Assembly (NCBI RefSeq): GCF_000027325.1
Contig: NC_000908.2
Coordinates: 270,001 to 302,000 of the forward strand
Direction of reading: 5' to 3'
Origin: Mycoplasmoides genitalium G37
Lineage (GTDB): Bacteria; Bacillota_I; Bacilli_A; Mycoplasmatales; Mycoplasmoidaceae
Length of the DNA: 32,000 bases
Shown: positions 21,334 to 32,000 of the stretch, one piece after another
How positions within the stretch are numbered: position 1 is the first letter of the stretch
How the letters are laid out: every line of letters begins with the position of its first letter
Translations under genes and position numbers: made by a program
The notes under the pieces: model-generated
Told to the model about the DNA's origin: nothing
Seen by the model: the letters and a program-made list of their open reading frames with translations, nothing else
The model's database searches: none

Positions 21334-23445
21334 ATGAATGAACAACAAAAACAAGCAATTAGTTGTGGAAAAGGGGTTAATGTTGTTTATTCTGGAGCAG
21401 GTACTGGTAAAACAACAATTATTACTAATCGCTTTGCATACTTGGTTAATAAAGAAAAAGTTGATCCTAGCAGAATTTTAGCAATCACCTTTACTAAGAA
21501 AGCTGCTAAGGAGATGCAGTTTAGAATCTTGAAACTAATAGATAGTTCTTTAGCTGAGAAAACAAATATCTATACATTTCACAGCTTTTGCAATAAGTTT
21601 TTAATTCAAACATTAAAAAAGCGCTTTATCATCGATGATGATATTAGCTATTTCCTAAAGGAATTTTTAGCTGATTCAAAACTCGATATCAACCTAGCGA
21701 AACAAATTATTGATAACTTTAAAAATACTTTTGCTGATTTTGAAATAAATAAGTTGGATCAAGATGAAAGGTTAATTAGTTTATGTGAGCATTCACTTCT
21801 AAATAAAGATGAAGAATATTCCACTTTAAAAACCCAACTGATTAATGCATTCATTAGCTATGAAAAGAATAAGATATTAAACAATAAACTTGATTTTCAT
21901 GATCTTTTAATTAAAACTTGTAATTTATTGAGTAATGATAATGATTTACTTAATCAGTGGAGTGAACAGTTTCAGCATATTTTAGTTGATGAATTTCAAG
22001 ATACCAACCAAATCCAATATGAACTGATCAAGATGTTAGTAACTAAAAATAAAAACTTGTTTTTGGTAGGTGATAATAACCAGATGATTTACCGCTGAAG
22101 AGGGGCGGTAAACGGGATCATAACTGCTTTAAAGCATGACTTTAATGTTCCGAAAAGCAATGAATTCTTTATTAATCAAAATTACCGTTGCGATCAGAAT
22201 ATTTTAGCAGTTGCTAACCAAATTCTTTTAAAAATTATGGCCTATGAAAAACAAGTTAAAACTGAAAAAAATCTCTTGTTTTCAACTTTAAATTCTGATA
22301 AAAAACCTGTTTATTTTCAAGCTGAATCAGTTGAAAATCAAGCCAATTGGATCTTCAATAAAATCAAAGCACTAAACCAAACAGAAAAGATTAATTTTAA
22401 GGATATGGCCATCTTGTTTAGAAAGAACAGAGATATTACTACTATGGTTGAATTGATTGAAGCGGATGGAACAATTCCCTTACCTAAACAAAAGAGTTAT
22501 TTTAACCAACTAGTAAAACTCCAGCGGGTTTTAATTGCGATTTCAACCAGAACAAATCTTGATATTAAAAGAGCTTTGCAAGCCCTAAAAATTTGATCAA
22601 ATGATTTAAAGGAATTGTGAAAACAGAGTGATAAAACAAACCTATTTGATTTTCTTAAATGATCAGAATTAAATCAAAAAAACCATAGTTCAAAACTTAA
22701 AGCTACTGGTTATTTTAATCTGCTGATTAAGTTAGCAGAGGATCAGCAAATTAACCTTTTGTTTACTGAACTGTTTAAAAAACTCAAAGTGGATCAAACT
22801 ATTGAAAATCTGCTTTGAAAAAAACTAACTGAATTTCAAAAAGATAAAACTGAATTTAGCTTATCAGAGTTTATTACTAGCTTAGCATTGGAATTTGACT
22901 CAATTATTGAAAACAGCAGTGATACAATCAATTTGCTAACCGTTCATGCAGCAAAAGGACTTGAGTTTGAAGCTGTATTTATTTATGGCATGAATCAAGG
23001 GGATTTTCCCTTATTTTTAAGTCAAAATCAAAATGACGAACAACATTTAATTGATGAATTAAAACTGTTTTATGTTGCTATCACAAGAGCAAAACGTTTT
23101 TTGTTTATCACTGCGGTTTTACAAATAAATAACAATTCTATAAAACCATCTAGTTTTTTAAATTACATCAATAAAAGTGAGTATTTAGACATTGCTACTA
23201 TTAACTATGTATTAGAGCAGGATGATGATTTTTTTGATTCAACTAAAAAAACAGACTATACAAAGAAACTAAGAAAAGAAAGTTTAGACATTATAGTGGG
23301 TGATTTAGTTACTAGTAGATACTTTGGAAAAGGAGTTGTAGTTGAAGTGAGAGACAAAGAGGTTTTAGTAGCTTTTAAAGACACACGCTATGGGATGAAA
23401 TGGATCTTAAAAAACCATAAATCACTAACAAAAGCTTTATATTAA
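21334..23445 (+). CDS. pcrA: Superfamily 1 DNA helicase, UvrD/PcrA type
   Basis: 703 aa from three same-frame ORFs; Walker A VVYSGAGTGKTTIITNR, ILAITFTKKAAKEM, LVDEFQDTN, LLTVHAAKGLEFEAVFIYGM, YVAITRAK. Confidence 0.95.
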
Positions 23446-23447
23446 CA

Positions 23448-23945
23448 ATGGTTGATAAAAACAGTTTAAGAAAATTAATGCTTCTAAAAAGAGCAGAACT
23501 AAATGATCTTGAAAAATCGCATTTAGATCAAAAGATTAACCAAAAATTAATGGCTTTTTTAATAACAAGACCAACAATTAAAAATTTAGCACTTTACATT
23601 CCCATTAAAAACGAAGTGGCTTTTTTAGATAACTTTCTAGATTTTCTTAAGTTAAATAAAATTACAAGCTGTTTTCCTAGTATTGTTGATCAATTTAACA
23701 TGAAGTTTATTGATCAAAATAATAATGAAATTAACCCTAATGATATTGATTGTTTTTTTATCCCTTTATTAGCTTTTAATAAGGCAAACCACAGGATTGG
23801 TTTTGGTAAGGGTTATTATGACCGTTATTTATCATTAACTAGCAAAAAACAACTAAAAATAGGGATAGCATATGACTTTCAATATGCAGAATTCACTAAT
23901 GATCCTTGGGATTATCAATTAGATTTAATTATTTGCAATGGATAA
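23448..23945 (+). CDS. 5-formyltetrahydrofolate cyclo-ligase
   Basis: 165 aa; LRKLMLLKRAEL...FFIPLLAFNKANHRIGFGKGYYDRYLS (GxGxGYYDR motif) ...IGIAYDFQ. Confidence 0.93.
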   Translation: MVDKNSLRKLMLLKRAELNDLEKSHLDQKINQKLMAFLITRPTIKNLALYIPIKNEVAFLDNFLDFLKLNKITSCFPSIVDQFNMKFIDQNNNEINPNDIDCFFIPLLAFNKANHRIGFGKGYYDRYLSLTSKKQLKIGIAYDFQYAEFTNDPWDYQLDLIICNG

Positions 23946-24783
23946 CATAAAGGTTCTTTTTTTAGGTGATGTTTATGGCAAAGCTGGTAGAAAGATTATT
24001 AGTGATCATCTTCCCATAATTAAAAAAAAGTATCAGTTAAATCTAATTATTGCAAATGCTGAAAACACTACTAATGGTAAGGGTTTAAGTTGAAACCACT
24101 ACCAAATACTAAAACAAGCAGGAATTGATTACATCACTATGGGTAACCATACCTGGTTTCAAAAGCAAGATTTAGAACTTGTTTTAAACCAAGTTGATGT
24201 TATTCGCCCACTTAACTTAATGCAAGATTTTAACTATTTTCAGCTTGGCAAAGGGAGTTATTTATTTAGCTTAAATGGTTTGAAAATAAGGATTACTAAC
24301 TTGTTAGGAACAAGTATTAACTTACCATTTGCAATAACAAACCCATTTGTGGAATTAAAAAAGTTAGTTTTAACTAAAGATTGTGATCTTCATATCGTTG
24401 ATTTTCATGCTGAAACAACTAGCGAAAAAAATGCTTTTTGCATGGTTTTTGATGGTTATGTTACTGCTATCTTAGGAACCCACACCCATGTTCCTAGTAA
24501 TGATTTAAGAATCACTCCTAAAGGAAGTGTTTACATTACTGATGTAGGGATGTGTGGTCCTGGATTTGGTAGTGTTATTGGTGCTAATCCCAAGCAATCA
24601 ATTAAGTTATTTTGTACAGGTGAAAGACAGTTTTTTGAGGTTTCTAATTGTGGTGCACAACTCAATGGCGTCTTCTTTGAAGTTTGTTCAAAAACCAATC
24701 AAGTTGTGAAAATAGAACAGATTAGAATAGTTTTAGATGATGAAAAGTATTTAGCTAATGACTACTTTAATTTAGTTGAGTAA
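23938..24783 (+). CDS. YmdB/TIGR00282-type metallophosphoesterase
   Basis: 281 aa from ATG 23938: MDNIKVLFLGDVYGKAGRKIISDHLP...IIANAENTTNGKGLSWNHYQILKQAGIDYITMGNHTW...GTHTHVPSND...ITDVGMCGP. Confidence 0.92.
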
Positions 24784-25486
24784 TCTTGCTTTCCTTACCA
24801 TGTAAAATTCTGATTATGTTTGCACGGTGTAATCAGAAAACAACCACAGTTAAAGGTCAATATCACAAGCAAAAAAATAAAATGATATACCATTCATTTT
24901 GATAAGTAATCGACTTTAGAGGATCACTGTTAAAGAAGTATAAATAATCAAGTCAGGGTATTAAGATGATTACAGCTAACACAAAGAATGTAATAAGACT
25001 TGCTAAAGAAACATACTTAGTTATTAAAGTAATCATTATCCAAATTAAAAGACAGATTAAAAATCATCATAAAGATATTGCAAGTAAAGATCCACCAGTA
25101 GTAGCAATTGCCTTACCACCCTTAAACTTAAAATACAGCGGAAAGATATGACCTATTGTAGCTGCAAAACAACTTAAATAACTTAAAAAATAGGTGCTTT
25201 GATACACTTTTTCTGTTAAATAACCTTGTAAACCAAAACGGAATAAAATTCAGGTTAATAAAAAAGCAAAAAAACCTTTAAATGCATCAAAAATAGCCAC
25301 CAAAAAACCAATTTTTAAGCCAAAAACACGCATTGAGTTAGTAGCTCCTGGGTTTTTTGAACCAAATTCCCTGACGTTTTTCTTGAGTATTTTGCTGAAA
25401 ATATCAGCAAAAATAATTGAACCTAACAGATAACCAGAAGCTAGGCTAAAAATGACCAAAATGGCAATTGCACTAGCTTGATTCAT
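24767..25486 (-). CDS. plsY: Glycerol-3-phosphate acyltransferase PlsY
   Basis: 239 aa with several TGA=Trp; [61 protein letters not shown]. Stop TAA at 24767-24769 within the MG246-like 3' end. Confidence 0.93.
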
Positions 25487-26129
25487 AGCTTGTAATTATC
25501 TTATTTAATGTTTCAATTATCTTAAGATCCATCAAGCTAGGTTTTTGTTTGGGTTGATAAACTCTCAATAGGCATTGGTAGTGTTTCATTAAACAGTGTT
25601 TATCTTTAAAGTTAATTAGCTTTGGTCCTAAAATAACCAATTCCTTTGTTAATTTAAACGGTTTTTTTAGTTTTTCAATAACCAAAATAGGATATATAAA
25701 CTCTCGATCCTGAACTAGTGTTTCATTAACAATATCCCAACTGTTTAAACTTAAAAAACTACGTAATTCAATTAAATTAGATTGGGGTTGGATTACAAAA
25801 CGATTAATAAAGTTTTCTTTTTGGCTAATTATGTTAATGATTTTCAATCCACCAAGTCCAGCAATTACCCCTATTTTGGGATTAATATTTAGTTCTGGAA
25901 GGTTATTAAATCCATCACTAACAAAGAAGTGGATATTATTGTTATTTTTAAATTTTTGGTAATTACTTAATAAAGCATTTTTACTAATATCACTGTTAAC
26001 AATGGTTAGGTTTTGATTAGTTTTTATTAGATAGGATGTTAGATAGGAATGATCACAACCGATGTCATACACTAGCTTAGGATTAAATGATTGAACTAAA
26101 TTAGCAATTGTGCTAATCCTTTTTTTCAT
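25473..26129 (-). CDS. trmK: tRNA (adenine-N1)-methyltransferase TrmK
   Basis: 218 aa; [49 protein letters not shown]; located just downstream of sigA as in Firmicutes. Confidence 0.9.
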
Positions 26130-27606
26130 TAATTCTTAGAAATGACATACTAATAGGATTGTTTCTAACTGCATGTCTCAATTTTCTAATTGCTTTGTTT
26201 TCAATTTGTCTGATCTTCTCTCTAGGGATCAAAATCTTTTGACCTACTTCATCAAGTGTTTTAGGTTCATTGTAAGGGGGCATGCCAATCCGCATTCTAA
26301 CAATTAACTCTTCTTGTTCAGAAAGATTATTGTTCAACAATTCATCAATTTTTTCTGAATTTGAACGGCTTTCGGTAAACTCGTCAGGAGTTTGAGCGTC
26401 TGTGTCTTTAACAAAATCACCAAACTGGGACTCTTCATCATGTCCAACTGTTTTATCAAGCGAAACTGGATCTAAACTTAACCGTTTAATTTCAGCAATC
26501 TTTTTAACATTAAATCCTTCAGCTTGTCCTCCCATCTTTTCAGCTAACTCCTCATCAGTAGGTTCTCGCCCTAACTCTTGATACAAAGCCCGTTCTGCTT
26601 TAGCTAAGCGGTTAATGGTTTCTACCATATGAACAGGGATCCTTACTGTTCTTGCTTGATCAGCTATTGCTCTTGTAATTGCTTGTTTAATCCATCAAGT
26701 AGCATAAGTTGAAAACTTATTCCCTAAAGATCAGTTAAATTTGGAAATAGCTTTTAAAAGCCCCAAATTACCCTCTTGAATTAAATCATTAAAATCCAAC
26801 CCTCTTTCTAGGTGTTTTTTGGCAATAGAAACAACTAGTCTTAAGTTTGAAGTAACCAACTGATTAATTGCATACTTACGTGACTCTTCATCAGTACTAT
26901 TTAAAACCTTGGCAATCCGCTGTTCAGATTCAAAATCTAACATTTTAGAAAAGTCAAGTGATCCTAAAAAGAACCTAACATTATCATCAACCTTATCACG
27001 GTTAGAGATGTTCTTACTTGTTAACTCTTCAATATCTTCATCAATAATTGAAAGGTCTTGGTTAGCACGAAATTCATGGATGTGCTCTTCAACATCGTGT
27101 TGGAGTTGAATCCCCTTATCACGTAGTTCATCCAAAACATAGATAATTTCATCTTCAGGTAGTTCAAACTTAGCGAGAACACTAATAATTTCCTTATTTG
27201 AAAGCGTGATGTTTTTTTGTTTCTTTTTGCTTTTCTTTTCTCAAGCTTCTGTTAGAAGGTTGATGACTGTGTTGGTGTCATCATTTTCAATGTGGCTTTT
27301 TAACGATCCTTCTAAGATATCAAATAACTTCAGATTATTTTTTTCTTTTAAAGGAGCGTGTTTAGGTTTTCTACCCCTTCTTTTTTTAGGAACATCACTC
27401 TCCTTATTTTCATGAAGGGTTTTGAGAAAAGCGATGTTTTCATGACGGTGTTTGCGTTGCACTTTATTGTCAACATAAATCATCTTTTTGTAAGGACGAT
27501 TCTTTTCAAGAATACGCTGTTTTTTAAGTTCAGCAATTAATTCTTCAGATAGTTCTGGTTTGGTTGAATTGGGTTTTTCGCCTAGCGTTTTTTTGTCAGT
27601 GGACAT
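26113..27606 (-). CDS. sigA: Primary RNA polymerase sigma factor (RpoD/SigA)
   Basis: 497 aa from three same-frame ORFs; [18 protein letters not shown]-type helix [15 protein letters not shown], region 4 [26 protein letters not shown]. Confidence 0.97.
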
Positions 27607-27650
27607 TTAGCTCAATGCGACTAGCATTATAATTTTAGCTTATATAACTT

Positions 27651-29474
27651 TTATAGCGTTAACTTTAAATTTTTTAAGCGCTGCTTTTGTTGTTTTAATA
27701 ACGTTTGAAAGGTCTTTAGATAGTTTTGAAAATCATTAGCTTGATAACAAGTTAATTCATCTAAAAAAATATCTTTAATTTCCAATAACCTTGCTTTATT
27801 GTTTAAAAGGTAATTTTGATCTAAAACACTTTCAAAACCAACTCAGTTAGCAGTTTGATTTTCACTCCAATAGATCCTTGCTTTTTCAATAAAAAGTTCA
27901 ACATCAAACAAATTAAAGTTACATTCCTTAAAAACTTCATCTAGATGGGATTGTTTTAATTCAACCAAAAAGCGTTTATCAATTAAAGCAAACGCAAAGA
28001 TTTCAGGTTTTCACAACTCATTAACTGCTTCTTCAAAAGCTGTTTGCACTAGTGCTGCAGTGGTTTTTTGCAATTCTTGTGGTGGTTGAGCATGGCCTGA
28101 AGTATTTATGTAAAAACGGTTGTTATCAAACTTAGATACAAGTTTTTCTTTGTGTTTTAAAACTGTTTCATACAGAGTTTTTTCATCACTATATTCAAGT
28201 AGTTTAACCAAATTTTTAATGAGAAAAATTAAAAAACTATGGTCGTTTAAAATTGTTTGGTTTTTTGTTAAAAAAGCAATGATTTTATTAGTAATAACCC
28301 TTTGATCAAGTTGTTGCTTTTTAAAAAAACTAACAAGATATTCAATTAGATTTTGTCTTTTGTTTGCTTGTAATATAACTTGCTCACTACCCTTGTTTAA
28401 ATACAGTTCATCCCAATCTTTATAGTTGTGTTCTCACTGAACAATTTCCACAATAAAATTGTTGTTATTAAGTTTTTCAATTAAGCTAAACACAGCATTT
28501 TGACCACTAGCATCATTATCAAGTGCTAAAACTAAGGTTTGTAACTCCTTAAAGTGAGCTTTAATGGCTTTAATTTGCACATCATTTAATGCTAATCCCA
28601 TTAATGCAACAGCTTCAAACTTGGAGTTTGTTAGTGTAAAAACATCAAAATAACCTTCCACAATAAAGAGTTGATTGAGGTTTTTATTTAACCTGTGAAA
28701 GTTAAATAACAGCTCCCCTTTTTTAAAAAATTCGTGATCAGCACTATTTTTATATTTCAGTTTGTTGATGTTATCAACACTTCTTGCTGAAAAACCAACC
28801 GGGTTACCATTAAAGTCATGGATAGGGATCATAATCTGGTTTTGAAAGGTAGCTTTTTTGGTATTAAAGTCAAAAAAGCCAAGACCTTGCTGGTTAGTTT
28901 TTGAAAAAAGATACAATTCACTCGGTTTTATCTTTGGATTAATGAAGGGGTATCTTTCCATACTTTCACATAGATACTTATCTTCATTGTGAAAAGCAAG
29001 TCCTAGCTGAAACTGTTCAATTAATGTTTTATTAAGCTTTCTTTTTTCAACTAAATAATTCATCCCATTTGGGTTTGTTTCTCTTTTTAATCTGGTTTGA
29101 TAATAAGTAATTAAAGCATTGTTTATCTCCCAATATCGTTTTTGTTTTGGATCAACTTTTGTTAGTAAATTACTGTTCCAATTTTCTAACTTAATTCCAC
29201 AAATTTCAATTGCTTTTTTAAGTGCAGTTTTTCAATCTAACTGGTCATGCTTTTGGATAAACGCTATTCCGTTGCCAGCTGCATTACAAGCCCAACACTT
29301 AAAGATGTTTTTAGAACTGGAAATGGACATAGAAGGATTTTTATCATCATGAAAAGGACATAAAGCAAGTAGACTATTACCCTTAGTTTGGATTTTAACC
29401 CCGTAGTGTTGAATAATTTCAGTAATTTTAATCTGCTTTAAAAGTTCATCTAAACTGTTGCTTTTATTGACCAT
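27651..29474 (-). CDS. dnaG: DNA primase
   Basis: 607 aa; zinc finger CPFHDDKNPSMSISSSKNIFKCWACNAAGNGIAF; TOPRIM-type LFIVEGYFDVF, LALDNDASG; stop TAA at 27651-27653. Confidence 0.96.
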
Positions 29475-30804
29475 TTTTCATGAATCATTGTGGTAATTCT
29501 TTGATAGCAATTCGCTGTTGAACTAAAGTATCTCTATCTCTGATGGTAACTGCATTATCTTCTAAACTTTCAAAGTCAAAAGTGACTGCATACTTTATTC
29601 CAATTGCATCTGCTTTTCGATACCTTTTACCAATACTACCAGTTGTCTCAAAGCACACTCTTCACCTTGTTTTTGCTAGCGTTTCAAATACAGAAAATGC
29701 TTCTTTTTTAAGTTTATTTACAAGTGGTAAAACAATAATTTGTTCAGGACATAAGTCAAATGGTAAACTCAATACTTCCCGTTCTTCCTCATTAATAATT
29801 TCTCTCCTATAACTACTGACAATTAGTGCATAAAATAACCGTTCAATGCCAACCGCAGGTTCGATTATGAAAGGTAAGAAATGTTGGTTTAATTCGCTAT
29901 CAAAAAAACTCATGCTCTTTTTTGAAAACTCTTGGTGTTGTTTTAGATCAAAATCACCCCTGTTAGCCAAGCCTCATAACTCCTTTAATCCGTGGGGAAA
30001 ATTAAACAAAAAGTCAGTAGTTTTTTTGGCATAATGAGCCAATTCTGATTGATCATATTCATGTTTTTTTAACAATTCTGGGTTAATTTTTAACACTGTT
30101 TGTAGAAACTGTTCTACCATTATTAATTGTTTTTCAAACAGCGAATTTGCATCATCAGGTTTACAAAACCACTCAATTTCAAACTGTTCAAACTCTCTAG
30201 TTCTAAACAAGAAGTTACCTGGGGTGATTTCATTACGAAAGCTTTTACCAAACTGGGCAATAGCAAAAGGTAAATTACGCTTCTTAGCTTGCAAGATATT
30301 TTTAAAGTTAATAAAGCTACCTTGAGCAGTCTCAGGACGGAGAAAAACAAGGCGTTTATCGTTGTTTACAACCCCGATTTCAGTTTGAAAAAGTAAGTTA
30401 AAATCCCTCACTTCTGATCAATTTTGGTTATGACAATTAGGACAGTTAACTTTAAAACTATTCCAATCCTTTTTAGCTTTTATTTCAGCATTAATTTGAT
30501 CAACACGAAAGCGGTATTTACAACTCTTACAATCAACTAAAGTATCAACAAAGTTAGCTAAATGTCCTGATGCTTTTCAAACCAATTCGCTGAGAATAAT
30601 AGGGGTTTCAACTAAAAGAACATCAGCTTTATTTTTAATAAAAAAGTTATATAAAGCTTGTTTGATTTGTTGTTTTAAAACTGCACCTAATGGACCAAAA
30701 TCCCAACTATTGTTTAAACCGTTGTAAATTTCACTACTCTGAAATACAAAACCATGTTGTTTGAGAAACTGAACATAAACTTCTTGGTTGTAAACTTTAG
30801 CCAT
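29464..30804 (-). CDS. glyS: Glycyl-tRNA synthetase (class II)
   Basis: 446 aa; GFVFQSSEIYNGLNNSWDFGPLG, VFLRPETAQGSFINFKNIL, SFRNEITPGNFLFRTREFEQFEIE; ends [42 protein letters not shown]. Confidence 0.97.
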
Positions 30805-30823
30805 TGTTAATTAATCTTAAAAA

Positions 30824-31552
30824 TTAGTTTTTTCAAGCAAACAAGATAATCCCTAAAGCAACACTTACATTTAAAGAATTGATCTTATTGTTCATAGGAA
30901 TTTTGATTCTACAATCTGCATTCTTTGTTATTAGTTGATTCACACCCCTATCCTCATTGCCAACAATTAAGATTTTTTTAGCAAAATCAACTTTGCGATA
31001 ATCAATTGGTTTTCAAATAGGATCCAGAGTTGAAACAACAGTTCAAAATCCTATTTCTTTTAGCTTAGTGATCGTATAACTTAAGTTAGCTACTTGCACT
31101 AAGTTTTGATAAAAAACACTACCCATACTAGTTTTCATGACTGTATTGTTGATAGGGACTTGGTTATTCTTTTTAAAGATAATTCCATCAACCTCACTAG
31201 CCAAACAAGTTCTTAGTATAGCACCAAAATTATAAGGGTCTTGGATCTCATCTAACATCACAAGTGTACTGCACTTCTTATTTTCAACTACTTTAACCAG
31301 TTGATCAAGTGGAATTAAGAGTTGGTTAGTATCTAAAACTGCTACCAATTCCTGGTGGTTAATATCTCTATACTGATTGTTAAATCAGTTAGTTGAATGG
31401 ATTTGAAAATTAATTTTTTTAGCTTCAATTAAAGGTATTAGTTTTTTGTGACGAATGGAAATGTTTACCAATTTAATGTGAACTTGGTTATTAATCGCTT
31501 CCTCAAAGGCTTTAACACCAAATAAGCAACTTTGTTGGCGTGGTTTTTTCAT
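30824..31552 (-). CDS. rlmB: SpoU/TrmH-family 23S rRNA 2'-O-methyltransferase (RlmB-like)
   Basis: 242 aa from ATG at 31552: MKKPRQQSCLFGVKAFEEAIN...LVMLDEIQDPYNFGAILRTCLA...ILIVGNEDRGVNQLI...IPMNNKINSLNVSVALGIILF. Confidence 0.94.
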
Positions 31553-31554
31553 TA

Positions 31555-32000
31555 TTACAGCAACATTTTTTTAATTAGTTTTTTTCTAATTTGATCAGCT
31601 TTATCCATTGCTTTTTGTTTGTGTAATATTGATCACTCTTTAATTAAACGCACATTAAGTTTAGTATGGATAGATTTAAAGCTAATTCCTAATAAATCAA
31701 TTGATCATTCCAAGAAACTAAGTTGTTCTCTCAGCACACTAAAGTCCTTAGTTTTAATACTTGTATTAATTTTTTTTATTAGTTTTCAGATAGCAGCAAC
31801 TGCATTGGCAAAGTTGAGATTATCAAGTAAAGCTGAAAAAACTGGATCATATTGCTTGGGACTAATCAACTCAGATTGTTCTGAATAAACTAATCAGGTT
31901 CTAGCAACATTAAGTGTTTTTGCAATCCTTTGAATATCATTATTAGCTTTTTCAATCAATGATTGGTTTAGATCAATAGGATGCAAATAGTGTTTTTGGT
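31555..32000 (-). CDS. cysS: Cysteinyl-tRNA synthetase, C-terminal part (truncated by window)
   Basis: Minus-strand frame ending ...LNVRLIKEWSILHKQKAMDKADQIRKKLIKKMLL* (ADxIR C-terminal CysRS motif), directly upstream of rlmB. Confidence 0.85.

Noticed and set aside
24784-24966. Apparent intergenic gap that looked like room for a small structured RNA
   Set aside because: Minus-strand translation with code 4 shows it encodes the PlsY C-terminus (...[20 protein letters not shown]), so the gap is an artefact of standard-code ORF calling.
29119-29812. Plus-strand ORFs opposite dnaG and glyS
   Set aside because: Overlap strongly supported conserved genes on the opposite strand and have no recognisable features.
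1-32000. CRISPR arrays, rRNA, tRNA, transposase/integrase or toxin-antitoxin loci
   Set aside because: No regularly spaced repeats, tRNA TPsiC-like GGTTCGA signatures, rRNA motifs or recognisable transposase/TA domains were seen by eye; a tRNAscan/Infernal run would confirm.

Overview
I recognise this 32 kb window from memory as Mycoplasma genitalium (or a near-identical strain), roughly locus tags MG224 to MG253. No database search was done. UGA must be read as Trp: almost every gene is chopped by in-frame TGA in the supplied ORF track, and joining same-frame pieces restores full-length housekeeping proteins. Plus strand, 1-24783: ftsZ 3' end, two tandem APC permeases, a degenerate MgPa/P110-like repeat fragment, thyA, dfrA, nrdF-nrdI-nrdE, rplU-prp-rpmA-nfo-fur-like, a hypothetical, tig, lon (perfect CIRCE upstream), then after a minus-strand nadD-yqeK fusion, two large tandem membrane paralogs, an RDD-like membrane protein, a uvrD/pcrA helicase, 5-FTHF cycloligase and a YmdB-type phosphoesterase. 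Minus strand, 24767-32000: plsY, trmK, sigA, dnaG, glyS, rlmB, cysS (partial). I found no CRISPR, rRNA, tRNA, transposon or clearly undescribed multi-gene system. The best second-look items are: (1) NrdF lacks three of six metal-ligand carboxylates (V119/P179/K213), the metal-free class Ie signature; (2) an isolated, frameshifted P110-like repeat fragment; (3) an uncharacterised tandem family with two C-terminal TM helices next to an RDD-like protein; (4) five recurrent 8-nt ATGNNTAA gene junctions; (5) the Prp/L27 processing pair; (6) a CIRCE overlapping the tig stop codon and the likely lon promoter.
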